From an uncultured virus (IMG/VR IMGVR_UViG_3300028610_002615) (lineage: Duplodnaviria; Heunggongvirae; Uroviricota; Caudoviricetes), in the IMG/VR virus record IMGVR_UViG_3300028610_002615: DNA of 20,000 bases. One strand, 5' to 3'. A model generated the notes under the pieces. It was not told where the DNA came from and searched no databases. It saw only the letters and a list, made by a program, of their open reading frames with translations. The position numbers and the translations under genes were made by a program. Below, one piece after another: positions 1 to 7,362 of the stretch. Positions within the stretch are counted from its first letter, which is position 1. Each line of letters starts with the position of its first letter.

Positions 1-220
1 ACGAACAGAACCTGAAAATAGGACCAACAGAGAACAGGATAAAATTCCTATGGAATACGTCCATACTCTTATTGATTTGGCAGATGTAATGTGTCATATG
101 ATTCATTCAACCAGTTGGGACATAGGAACTCTTAAAGAATTTGACAGATTAGAATTATATAATCGACTTGATAAACTCAAGCGTTGGTTATGTTACAAAA
201 CAGAACATAAAGTTAATTAG
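1..220 (+). CDS. hypothetical protein, 5'-truncated by window edge
   Basis: Open frame from nt 2 (RTEPENRTN...TEHKVN) to TAG 218-220, whose G is the first base of the tRNA. Confidence 0.6.
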   Translation, partial: RTEPENRTNREQDKIPMEYVHTLIDLADVMCHMIHSTSWDIGTLKEFDRLELYNRLDKLKRWLCYKTEHKVN

Positions 221-305
221 CCACCGTCGCTTAGTGGTTGATAGCACCGGATTTGTAATCCGGCGGTGTAAGCCCACGCAGGTTCGAATCCTGCCGGTGG
301 CTCCA
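220..305 (+). tRNA. tRNA-Thr(UGU) with long variable arm
   Basis: Acceptor GCCACCG/CGGTGGC, anticodon arm CCGGA-TTTGTAA-TCCGG, T arm GCAGG-TTCGAAT-CCTGC, encoded CCA, 14-nt variable region. Confidence 0.9.
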
Positions 306-332
306 CTCTCTTAGTCAGAAAGGAATTATCAT

Positions 333-896
333 ATGAATCCAGGTGACAATCACAAAAAATTAACAATCGCTCTCTTTGGAACATGTGATAACATTCCATG
401 GAGAGAAGAGAAATTCATTCCAGTTTATGAAGAAAAAGGAATTGCATGGTACAATCCAGCCCTTGAAAACTGGGATGAATTACTCGAATTAAGCAGACAA
501 GGCAAATGTGCCAATCCAACTGAGGAAGAAAATTACTATCTCAACAATGCAGAGATCATTGTCTTCCCTATATTAAAAGATTCTTTAGGTCAAGGTAGTC
601 TTGCTGAAATGGGATTTAGCGTTCAGCGTGTTATTCGCAATATTATGAACGGAAAACAACAATTCCTTGTTACGCTAATTGATGATAAGTGTGAAGATAT
701 GAGGAAAACTCCAGAAGAACGAATGGATTCAGAAAGAAATCGAGTTCTGGTAAAATCAAAACTGATTGAAAATGTTTCTTATCCTATTATCACACTTGTT
801 GAAGACCTTAATCAGATGTTAGACATGAGTTTAACTATATATGACATTTTGAAAAAAGAAGGATGTCGAACCGAAGACCAGAAGAAATCAGCGTAA
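333..896 (+). CDS. nucleoside 2-deoxyribosyltransferase-like domain protein
   Basis: Motifs LFGTC..WR, YNP..NW, EE..L..A.IIVF, GSLAEMG resemble the Nuc_deoxyri_tr2 family; RBS AAGGA. Confidence 0.65.
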   Translation: MNPGDNHKKLTIALFGTCDNIPWREEKFIPVYEEKGIAWYNPALENWDELLELSRQGKCANPTEEENYYLNNAEIIVFPILKDSLGQGSLAEMGFSVQRVIRNIMNGKQQFLVTLIDDKCEDMRKTPEERMDSERNRVLVKSKLIENVSYPIITLVEDLNQMLDMSLTIYDILKKEGCRTEDQKKSA

Positions 897-903
897 CGTA
901 TTG

Positions 904-981
904 GCCCCCGTAGCTCAGCGGAATTAGAGCATAGCACTTCTAATGCTAGGGTCGCTGGTTCGAATCCAGTCGGGGGTTCCA
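904..981 (+). tRNA. tRNA-Arg(UCU)
   Basis: GCCCCCG/CGGGGGT acceptor, TAGCA-CTTCTAA-TGCTA anticodon arm, TTCGAAT T loop, CCA. Confidence 0.95.
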
Positions 982-1002
982 TATCTTGACTGAAAGGATG
1001 CC

Positions 1003-1236
1003 ATGATAAAAACATTCTTTAAGGATTTATTAATACAATTATATTTGACGTTATCTACTCCGGATCCATGCAAAAGATGTGTGGTCAGAGCATGTTGTTC
1101 TGAAGAATGTAACCAAAGAGCGAACTATAATATCTTATATGGCCCAAACCCGTATACTCAAAAATTCTGTGCTGTTAGTGTCATCTTTGGTATGATAACA
1201 TTCATCTTTGGTGTGGTAACATTCATCTTTAAATAG
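1003..1236 (+). CDS. small Cys-rich protein (PCxxCxxxxxC family) with C-terminal hydrophobic segment
   Basis: DPCKRCVVRACCSEEC motif; RBS GAAAGGA. Confidence 0.7.
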   Translation: MIKTFFKDLLIQLYLTLSTPDPCKRCVVRACCSEECNQRANYNILYGPNPYTQKFCAVSVIFGMITFIFGVVTFIFK

Positions 1237-1316
1237 ACCCGTGGTGAAGTCTGGCTCAACACGCAGGGCCTTGGACCCTGTATTTATCCTTGGTTCGAAT
1301 CCAAGCGGGTCTTCCA
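1235..1316 (+). tRNA. tRNA-Gln(UUG), atypical C33
   Basis: AGACCCG/CGGGTCT acceptor, CAGGG-CCTTGGA-CCCTG anticodon arm, CTTGG-TTCGAAT-CCAAG T arm, CCA. Confidence 0.8.
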
Positions 1317-1332
1317 AATTAGGAAGGTAACA

Positions 1333-1527
1333 ATGGCATTAGGAATTGGTTCAACAATGAAAGAAGATCTCAAAAGAGATCGAGACAGACTCAACGATGA
1401 TTCAATGGCAATCAGTTCAACAATGAAAGAAGATCTCAAAAGAGACCGAGACACACTCGAAGACTCTTCTCTTGCTGTCGGATCTGCTATGAAGGAAGAT
1501 CTAAAAAAAGATCTTGAAAGGGGATGA
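1333..1527 (+). CDS. small protein of three 22-aa tandem repeats
   Basis: S(T/A)MKEDLK(R/K)D repeated at 66-nt period; RBS-like GGAAGG. Confidence 0.7.
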   Translation: MALGIGSTMKEDLKRDRDRLNDDSMAISSTMKEDLKRDRDTLEDSSLAVGSAMKEDLKKDLERG

Positions 1528-1528
1528 A

Positions 1529-1762
1529 ATGATATCTCTTCTATTCGGCGTTGGTTATGGCGAAGTAGTTTGGTGGCTTATTAAAGAAGAAAAAAATACA
1601 CTTTCCAGCGCCAAATCTTGGGGTTGGGGTATGATCATATTTAATTTCATGGTGGCGATGGTTGAAGGATCGTTAGTTAACTTGGAGATAAGTATTATCA
1701 TCTTGATTTACGTGTTGGTTATCTTTAATCTGAGGTCAAATGATGGAAAATCAAAAACATAA
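1529..1762 (+). CDS. small membrane protein
   Basis: Hydrophobic segments; ATG 1529 follows AAGGGG. Confidence 0.55.
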   Translation: MISLLFGVGYGEVVWWLIKEEKNTLSSAKSWGWGMIIFNFMVAMVEGSLVNLEISIIILIYVLVIFNLRSNDGKSKT

Positions 1763-1922
1763 TATTAACTGGAGCCCGAGTATCTCAGTTCCAATAACTC
1801 TATTTAAAACTATACCCATATGTATTACAATAATTATTATTCTAATTCTCGGAGAGCCAGATCTAATTGATGGAACTATAAAGGTTTTGGAAGCTTTAGC
1901 CGAATTTCTTAAATGTAAATAA
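1740..1922 (+). CDS. small membrane protein
   Basis: Ile-rich hydrophobic stretch then GEPDLID; RBS GAGG. Confidence 0.6.
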   Translation: MMENQKHNINWSPSISVPITLFKTIPICITIIIILILGEPDLIDGTIKVLEALAEFLKCK

Positions 1923-1923
1923 T

Positions 1924-2013
1924 GGCCCGGTGTTGGAATATGGTAGACATCACAGACTTAAAATCTGTGGCCCCTTAGTGGGCGTGTGGGTTCGATGCCC
2001 TCCCGGGCTACCA
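1924..2013 (+). tRNA. tRNA-Leu(UAA)
   Basis: GGCCCGG/CCGGGCT acceptor, ACAGA-CTTAAAA-TCTGT anticodon arm, long variable arm, ACCA end. Confidence 0.93.
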
Positions 2014-2036
2014 AACTATAATGAAAGGATGATGTT

Positions 2037-2711
2037 ATGTTAACCCAAGAAAAACTTGCGGAAGGAATCAAGATCATCGCTAAAGACTCTTTGGAGGATG
2101 AGAATGAGGCAATAAAAAAATTTCAAGAATACTTCAAAGACAACTTTTGGCCACCAACAATGAGCAAAACGAAAACTCTTAAAGGTTTGCAGATGTTAAT
2201 GGATGAAGAATTACCCACACCCGATCCCGGAGAAGCAATGGTCGATATGATGGCGATGCAAACTAGGAAGCCGCTCAAGATTTCTAAGAGGAGGAAAGGT
2301 CTTTTGAAAAAGCTTAAGAAGCTTATTGAAGATTCAAAAGATAACGACTGTTCACATCCACATGAAGATCTGGGGATTGCAGCATTCATGCACGGAGGTG
2401 GGTTTACTCCAAATATTGGCGTCCCTGAGTTAATTTGTAAAACATGTGGACTGAATATTTCATTGTTCCGTGGTATCGTTCCGAAGAAATACGGGATCAA
2501 AATTTCAAAAACAAATCTCAAAAAATTAAGTGAGTGGGCAAATCATTGTCTTAACAATCAGAACTATGAGGATAAAAGTACTCATGTCCTGAGTGCAAAC
2601 GATATTACCAAAAACCCACTCATGGCATACAAGAACACAGTGAAATGGGAAAAAGAAGTTCCGGTTGAAATTGTCAACCCGGGTAAAGCAACACTTAATA
2701 CGGGTGTTTAA
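2037..2711 (+). CDS. hypothetical protein (CxH and CxxC motifs)
   Basis: 224-aa ORF with RBS GAAAGGA. Confidence 0.75.
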   Translation: MLTQEKLAEGIKIIAKDSLEDENEAIKKFQEYFKDNFWPPTMSKTKTLKGLQMLMDEELPTPDPGEAMVDMMAMQTRKPLKISKRRKGLLKKLKKLIEDSKDNDCSHPHEDLGIAAFMHGGGFTPNIGVPELICKTCGLNISLFRGIVPKKYGIKISKTNLKKLSEWANHCLNNQNYEDKSTHVLSANDITKNPLMAYKNTVKWEKEVPVEIVNPGKATLNTGV

Positions 2712-2753
2712 CCCAAAACAGATCCTTAGGATCACTCTTGAAAGGAGCGAAAT

Positions 2754-3239
2754 ATGAAAGTAGCAAAACAATTACTGGTATTGATGATGGCAATAGGACT
2801 TTTATCCGGATGTGGTACCTATTACGGAGCCGCTGGAGGAAAACTGGTTGATGCGGTTCTCATCGAAGATCCCGAAGTCGAAGTTGTCAAAGCAGATCCC
2901 ATAATAACAGTCAAAATCAAAGATAAAGTCCTCTTTGACTTCGATTCTTACAAACTGGATGCCAAAGCGCAGGGAGTAGTTCAGGTAGTTGCCGGCTTGA
3001 TGAAAAGATATCCAGGCACATTACTGGCCTTGGAAGGTCACACCGACAAGTATGGATCAAATGTATACAATGACCAATTATCAATGAATCGCGCTGAAGC
3101 TGTTAAATCTGCCCTGATCAATGAGGGTGTTACTAAAGATCGTATTGATGCAGTTGGTTTCGGAAAAACACAATTCATTCCGGATCTGACCAACCGGCAA
3201 AATCGTCGTGTTATTATTCTATCCATCGGCGATGAGTAA
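2754..3239 (+). CDS. OmpA-like peptidoglycan-binding domain lipoprotein
   Basis: Signal peptide with lipobox LSGC; VLFDFDSYKL, EGHTD, YNDQLSMNRAEAV, GFG and NRRV motifs of the OmpA C-terminal domain. Confidence 0.92.
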   Translation: MKVAKQLLVLMMAIGLLSGCGTYYGAAGGKLVDAVLIEDPEVEVVKADPIITVKIKDKVLFDFDSYKLDAKAQGVVQVVAGLMKRYPGTLLALEGHTDKYGSNVYNDQLSMNRAEAVKSALINEGVTKDRIDAVGFGKTQFIPDLTNRQNRRVIILSIGDE

Positions 3240-3246
3240 AATTTGA

Positions 3247-3332
3247 TGCGGTGTCGAGAAGCCTGGACCATCTCGCTGGGCTCATAACCCAGTGGTCATT
3301 TGACCCCGGGGGTTCGAATCCCCCCACCGCTA
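3247..3332 (+). tRNA. initiator tRNA-fMet(CAU) with long variable arm, CCA not directly encoded
   Basis: Unpaired 1:72 (T:T), three G-C pairs in CTGGG-CTCATAA-CCCAG, T arm GGGGG-TTCGAAT-CCCCC, 15-nt variable region. Confidence 0.88.
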
Positions 3333-3348
3333 CTTTGACCCCGCTACC

Positions 3349-3367
3349 ATAGAACAAAATATAAAAA
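3349..3367 (+). promoter_or_regulatory. putative phage promoter motif ATAGAACAAAATATAAAAA
   Basis: Identical 19-mer at 18333-18351; both copies end 13 nt before a start codon. Confidence 0.5.
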
Positions 3368-3380
3368 GGAGTAATCTTTT

Positions 3381-3992
3381 ATGCTTTGTTCCTATGGTTG
3401 CGGGGCTCCTTCTTTATTTAAATTGAAAAATGGTAAAGAATGCTGCTCTGAAAGTTATAATTCATGCCCAGTTAATAGATCAAAAAATTCATTGGCTAGT
3501 CTTGGACATGAAGATAGAAATCCAACACATAAAGAAAATATAAAAAGCGTTCATTGTCAATACTGCAATGGTCTTTATGGTAGTGCAGGATTAAAATCTC
3601 ATAAACTTTATTGTTATTTAAATCCAATAAATAAAAGAGACTGCCCAGTTTGTAATCAGGCAATAAAAAATTATAACCAAAATAAAACCTGTTCTCGAAA
3701 ATGTGGTGCAGTTTTAAGCGCTCAAACTGTTGCTTCTGGAGAAGCAAAAGTAAATTATAGATTTATTTGTTTTAAACATCATGGACATAAATGTCTCGTT
3801 TGTGATGAAGATTTATTTATAGTTGCTCATCATGTGAATGGGGATAGGACAAACAACGAACCATCAAATCTATTACCATTTTGCCATACACATCATTTAT
3901 ATATTCATCATAAAGAATATATGTATATCCTAAAAGAATGTGTAGATGAATATTTAATGAACTATAATGGGGGAGGCAGTCGAGACAATTGA
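3381..3992 (+). CDS. free-standing HNH endonuclease with N-terminal Cys/Zn modules
   Basis: CLVC...AHHVNGDRTNNEPSNLLPFCHTHH HNH motif; several CxxC pairs; RBS AAGGAG. Confidence 0.88.
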   Translation: MLCSYGCGAPSLFKLKNGKECCSESYNSCPVNRSKNSLASLGHEDRNPTHKENIKSVHCQYCNGLYGSAGLKSHKLYCYLNPINKRDCPVCNQAIKNYNQNKTCSRKCGAVLSAQTVASGEAKVNYRFICFKHHGHKCLVCDEDLFIVAHHVNGDRTNNEPSNLLPFCHTHHLYIHHKEYMYILKECVDEYLMNYNGGGSRDN

Positions 3993-4047
3993 GCTTTACT
4001 GAGCTAACTGCAGGGCTCAGTATCCTCTACGGTATCCTCCCCCCATT
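3965..4047 (+). ncRNA. candidate structured RNA (long hairpin)
   Basis: 12-bp perfect outer stem TAATGGGGGAGG/CCTCCCCCATTA and 8-bp inner stem TACTGAGC/GCTCAGTA. Confidence 0.45.
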
Positions 4048-4060
4048 ACTTTACCACTGT

Positions 4061-4137
4061 GGCGACGTAGCTCAGTCTGGTAGAGTAGCAGTCTCATACG
4101 CTGCGAGTCGTGGGTTCGAATCCCATCGTCGTCACCA
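4061..4137 (+). tRNA. tRNA-Met(CAU), elongator type (Ile2 not excluded)
   Basis: GGCGACG/CGTCGTC acceptor, GCAGT-CTCATAC-GCTGC anticodon arm, ACCA end. Confidence 0.9.
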
Positions 4138-4165
4138 ATTAATTTTTTTTGAGAAAGGAATACTA

Positions 4166-4432
4166 ATGAAATACTATCACTACATCCCATTTGCTTTCAC
4201 ATACTGTTTAGTTAAGATGCTTGAATTTTGTTCAGATGACCCAGATCCAAAAGTAAGATGGAAAGTATATTTCTCAAATGGTTGCACGAAAGAAAATTTT
4301 TGCCGCTTTATAGACGATATGAAAAATAATGATCTACACACATATTCGATAATGATCGCTGGTCCAAATATAGTAGGCTGTACATTGATATTAATCATAT
4401 TAACCATATTGTTCATAGGCATTTTTAAATAA
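4166..4432 (+). CDS. small membrane protein
   Basis: ATG 4166 after GAAAGGA; C-terminal hydrophobic helix. Confidence 0.65.
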   Translation: MKYYHYIPFAFTYCLVKMLEFCSDDPDPKVRWKVYFSNGCTKENFCRFIDDMKNNDLHTYSIMIAGPNIVGCTLILIILTILFIGIFK

Positions 4433-4462
4433 TCAGTTTAATCTTTTAATGAAAGGAAGATC

Positions 4463-4756
4463 ATGAAAAATATCTTTATGAAAATATGTGCTTTTTTCCT
4501 TAGAAGACTAGCAATCATATATAATAACTATGATGTGATGAAAGAACCCAAAAGATTTTATGTAGCAATGGGTTTTGGAATGGGCCCATTTCTTTTGCTT
4601 GAACTTCTTGCAGTAATTACAAACAATAAAGGATTTGAAATTTCTGCATGGGTATGGATCTTATTAATGATCGGCTTGAGATTCTGGTGGGTAAAAGGAC
4701 AATTATATCTTTGGCTACCAGGAACACATGAACATCATTACTTGCATTTTAAATAA
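4463..4756 (+). CDS. small membrane protein
   Basis: Two hydrophobic segments; RBS GAAAGGA. Confidence 0.7.
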   Translation: MKNIFMKICAFFLRRLAIIYNNYDVMKEPKRFYVAMGFGMGPFLLLELLAVITNNKGFEISAWVWILLMIGLRFWWVKGQLYLWLPGTHEHHYLHFK

Positions 4757-4762
4757 TAATTT

Positions 4763-4852
4763 GGTGGGATAACCATAATTTGGTACTGGAGCTGGTTGCT
4801 ACCCAGTTCAGGTTCATAGCCTGTGCAGGTTCAAGTCCTGTTCCCACCGCCA
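4763..4852 (+). tRNA. tRNA-Ser(GCU)
   Basis: GGTGGGA/TCCCACC acceptor, G73, GCTGG-TTGCTAC-CCAGT anticodon arm, long variable arm CAGGT/GCCTG. Confidence 0.92.
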
Positions 4853-4872
4853 TACTTTTGAAAGGATTAATC

Positions 4873-5052
4873 ATGAGTAAAAAATGTTCTTCTTGCGGAG
4901 AAGGAAGTGAAAAACTTTATATGCACTCAAGATGCCACATCGAAGAACCAACATGGGCAATCTTGGACGAGGAAAAAAATGAGCTTGAAATTATTTGTGC
5001 TAAATGTAGACAATCAATTACAACATTTAAAATTTTGAGGGTTGTAAAATGA
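4873..5052 (+). CDS. small zinc-finger-like protein
   Basis: CSSC, HSRCH and CAKC motifs; ATG after GAAAGGA. Confidence 0.65.
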   Translation: MSKKCSSCGEGSEKLYMHSRCHIEEPTWAILDEEKNELEIICAKCRQSITTFKILRVVK

Positions 5053-5100
5053 AGAAGCTCTTAATGAAGGAAAGCAATTGATGAGAAAGAAAGGAAAATC

Positions 5101-5412
5101 ATGCTCCCAATATATACCATAACAACAATACCACGTGAGTTTCCTCATAAGGATTCACGTTGTATAGGATGGCTTGAAAGTTGTCATGCAGCATTTCAAG
5201 AAGTTAGAAACAACTCCGGAGATATGTATGAAGAAGGTTATTATCACTATGCAGTCATTGAAGAAGTTACACCAGGAATATACACATTTCCAAGGAAAGA
5301 ATTTTGGTTTGAGTGGAGCAGGGGAAAGGACGGGATTATATCTCCTGGCTATGTCATACTAGAGAAAAAACCAAACAGATTCAACAATGTTGTCTGCTTT
5401 AGCATGGGGTGA
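5101..5412 (+). CDS. hypothetical phage protein
   Basis: ORF with RBS AAAGGA; DMYEEGYYHYAVIEEV..GIY segment. Confidence 0.75.
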   Translation: MLPIYTITTIPREFPHKDSRCIGWLESCHAAFQEVRNNSGDMYEEGYYHYAVIEEVTPGIYTFPRKEFWFEWSRGKDGIISPGYVILEKKPNRFNNVVCFSMG

Positions 5413-5415
5413 AGA

Positions 5416-5724
5416 ATGTATAAAATTGAAATTAAGTGGGACTTTAGAAGTCCAACTATGGCAGTATTGACTGGAGAAGCCAGGATAGGTCACATAGATA
5501 TGGGAATGTTGACTGACATAGATTCTACTCCATTCTCAATCAAAAAAGAGAGACATAGTCTTGGTTACGAGGGATGTCCAGCAATATTCCAAAGAGCTAA
5601 ACCATTACTGGATATAATGGTTCATTCATATTATGATGGAATGCTTATGAGAAATGAATCTATAATATGGTTCAAAGAATGCTATAGAAAGAATAACGAA
5701 GTGTTCTTAACTATACCAGATTAA
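5416..5724 (+). CDS. hypothetical protein
   Basis: Tightly packed ORF in the gene run. Confidence 0.7.
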   Translation: MYKIEIKWDFRSPTMAVLTGEARIGHIDMGMLTDIDSTPFSIKKERHSLGYEGCPAIFQRAKPLLDIMVHSYYDGMLMRNESIIWFKECYRKNNEVFLTIPD

Positions 5725-5725
5725 G

Positions 5726-5941
5726 GTGAATAAAATGGCTGACAAGATAATATTTAATTGGTCACTATTTTCCGATGTAGAGCTCCAATTATCAAAAACT
5801 GAGGAAATAGTCATAAAAGAACATTTTAATATTTGGGTCGAAGGTAACTCAGGCATTGAAGATTGCTCAGCTCCAGAGATGAAAGAGAAGTTTAATACAT
5901 TTAAATCTGCCTGGATTATGTCTCAAATGTTTACAAATTAA
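5726..5941 (+). CDS. hypothetical protein
   Basis: Tightly packed ORF; ATG 5735 is an alternative start. Confidence 0.65.
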   Translation: MNKMADKIIFNWSLFSDVELQLSKTEEIVIKEHFNIWVEGNSGIEDCSAPEMKEKFNTFKSAWIMSQMFTN

Positions 5942-5951
5942 GGAGGGTAAT

Positions 5952-6257
5952 TTGAACTATAGAATAGAGAAAGTTGGTGAGGTTGAGTCGGGTATACAAT
6001 GGGAAAACCTCCCACCTGAAACAAAAACAAAACATGTTGCATTAAAAGTTATTTCTAATAGTGGACTTTTCAAAAAAGATCTTGGAACAGCTCTCATTTC
6101 ACATAAATTCTATAATGCAATAAATGAAGATTTAGATTTAAGAAATGATATCCTAATTACAATTTCTTTTGCATTCCAAGATCCAGAAAAGACTTTTAAT
6201 CAATTAATGACAGAGATGGAAAAACAATGGAAGAGAGAAGACGAAAAGGAAGTTTGA
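5952..6257 (+). CDS. hypothetical protein
   Basis: TTG start after strong SD AGGAGG. Confidence 0.7.
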   Translation: MNYRIEKVGEVESGIQWENLPPETKTKHVALKVISNSGLFKKDLGTALISHKFYNAINEDLDLRNDILITISFAFQDPEKTFNQLMTEMEKQWKREDEKEV

Positions 6258-6574
6258 CTGAATTAGCAGTTGCTAAAGCGCTATTAGCAAAAGGCTATTC
6301 TGTATCATTTCCATATGGAGAAAATCAACGATATGATCTAGTTGTTGAGATGAATAATGGATTGAAAAAAGTTCAATGTAAACATGCTAGATATTCAGAA
6401 GGAAAAATAGTATTTCAATGTTCAGGAACAATAGGTCCGTATACCAATGATGCCGATTTCTTTGGAGTCTATTCATCTGAAATTGATAAAGCTTATTTAA
6501 TTCCAGTATCAAATGTTGGGATTAATCAATGTACTTTATTAGTTGAGAGCACTGCTAAACAATACGAAATTTAA
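6227..6574 (+). CDS. PD-(D/E)XK endonuclease, I-Ssp6803I-like (PDDEXK_5)
   Basis: KG...E..V...L..KGY.VS.P.GENQRYDLVVE...KVQCK and DFFGVY...YLIPV motifs. Confidence 0.88.
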   Translation: MEERRRKGSLTELAVAKALLAKGYSVSFPYGENQRYDLVVEMNNGLKKVQCKHARYSEGKIVFQCSGTIGPYTNDADFFGVYSSEIDKAYLIPVSNVGINQCTLLVESTAKQYEI

Positions 6575-6576
6575 AC

Positions 6577-6665
6577 GGAGGGGTGGTCAAGTATGGTGTG
6601 ACAACGCTCTTGAAAAGCGTCGGGTGTCAAAAGCCTTGTAGGTTCGAATCCTATCCCCTCCGCCA
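6577..6665 (+). tRNA. tRNA-Ser(UGA)
   Basis: GGAGGGG/CCCCTCC acceptor, G73, ACGCT-CTTGAAA-AGCGT anticodon arm, long variable arm. Confidence 0.93.
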
Positions 6666-6681
6666 CTTTGAAAGGAACAAA

Positions 6682-6855
6682 ATGGTTAAAATAACAGAGC
6701 CATGTGTTGATTGCATATGTTTTCCAATGTGTGTAAATCAATCTATAATCAGATGCAGCATATTATATAAATATGTATCAACCAAAATAAATATGCGTGG
6801 TGAATTTCTTAAACCGGAACATTTTCCCAATGTTGTGTCAGTATGGGAAGGTTAA
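6682..6855 (+). CDS. small Cys-rich protein (PCxxCxxxxxC family)
   Basis: EPCVDCICFPMC motif; ATG after GAAAGGA. Confidence 0.65.
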   Translation: MVKITEPCVDCICFPMCVNQSIIRCSILYKYVSTKINMRGEFLKPEHFPNVVSVWEG

Positions 6856-6876
6856 CCAAAAAAGGATAATGTTACT

Positions 6877-7317
6877 ATGAAGACCAAAATACATACGGAT
6901 TTTGATCAATGGTACGCTGAACAGGCAGCTCAGATCAATCAGCTGCCGATTAGCTCTGTACATACGAGGCGCGACGAGCTCAAGGTCCAGCTAGAAAACT
7001 TACACAATTTAATGCGTGAAGGAAATCTCACCGACGAGAGACGAAAATATTACAAAGGACGTCGCAAATTCATTACCCGGTTAATCTCACACACCAACGA
7101 GCGCATCAAGCTGTTTAACATCGTCGCTCACAATGGAGTGGCCAAAAATCTGGCTCTTAGATTCGTCCAGATAGCCGCTGAGGAACTGCCACAAGGACTT
7201 TTTCAACGGATTTATGCTATAAGTGCCATGGAAGAAGAACAGGAAGAAAGTAGCATTGAAGACATCCGACGATTTATTGCTGAATTTAAAGATCGCTTTG
7301 AACTGGAGGGCATATGA
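6877..7317 (+). CDS. hypothetical helical protein
   Basis: 146-aa ORF with RBS AAGGA; visibly more GC-rich than neighbours. Confidence 0.75.
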   Translation: MKTKIHTDFDQWYAEQAAQINQLPISSVHTRRDELKVQLENLHNLMREGNLTDERRKYYKGRRKFITRLISHTNERIKLFNIVAHNGVAKNLALRFVQIAAEELPQGLFQRIYAISAMEEEQEESSIEDIRRFIAEFKDRFELEGI

Positions 7318-7319
7318 CA

Positions 7320-7342
7320 TTCGAATCCTGTCCCTTCCGCCA
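7320..7342 (+). repeat. displaced copy of tRNA-Ser(UGA) 3' end
   Basis: TTCGAATCCTGTCCCTTCCGCCA matches 6643-6665 at 21/23 positions. Confidence 0.85.
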
Positions 7343-7362
7343 ACTTTTGAAAGGCAATCATA

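Noticed and set aside
1181..1230. 21-nt tandem repeat (and the 66-nt repeat at 1350-1500) as CRISPR-like arrays
   Set aside because: In-frame coding repeats without unique spacers; no cas genes.
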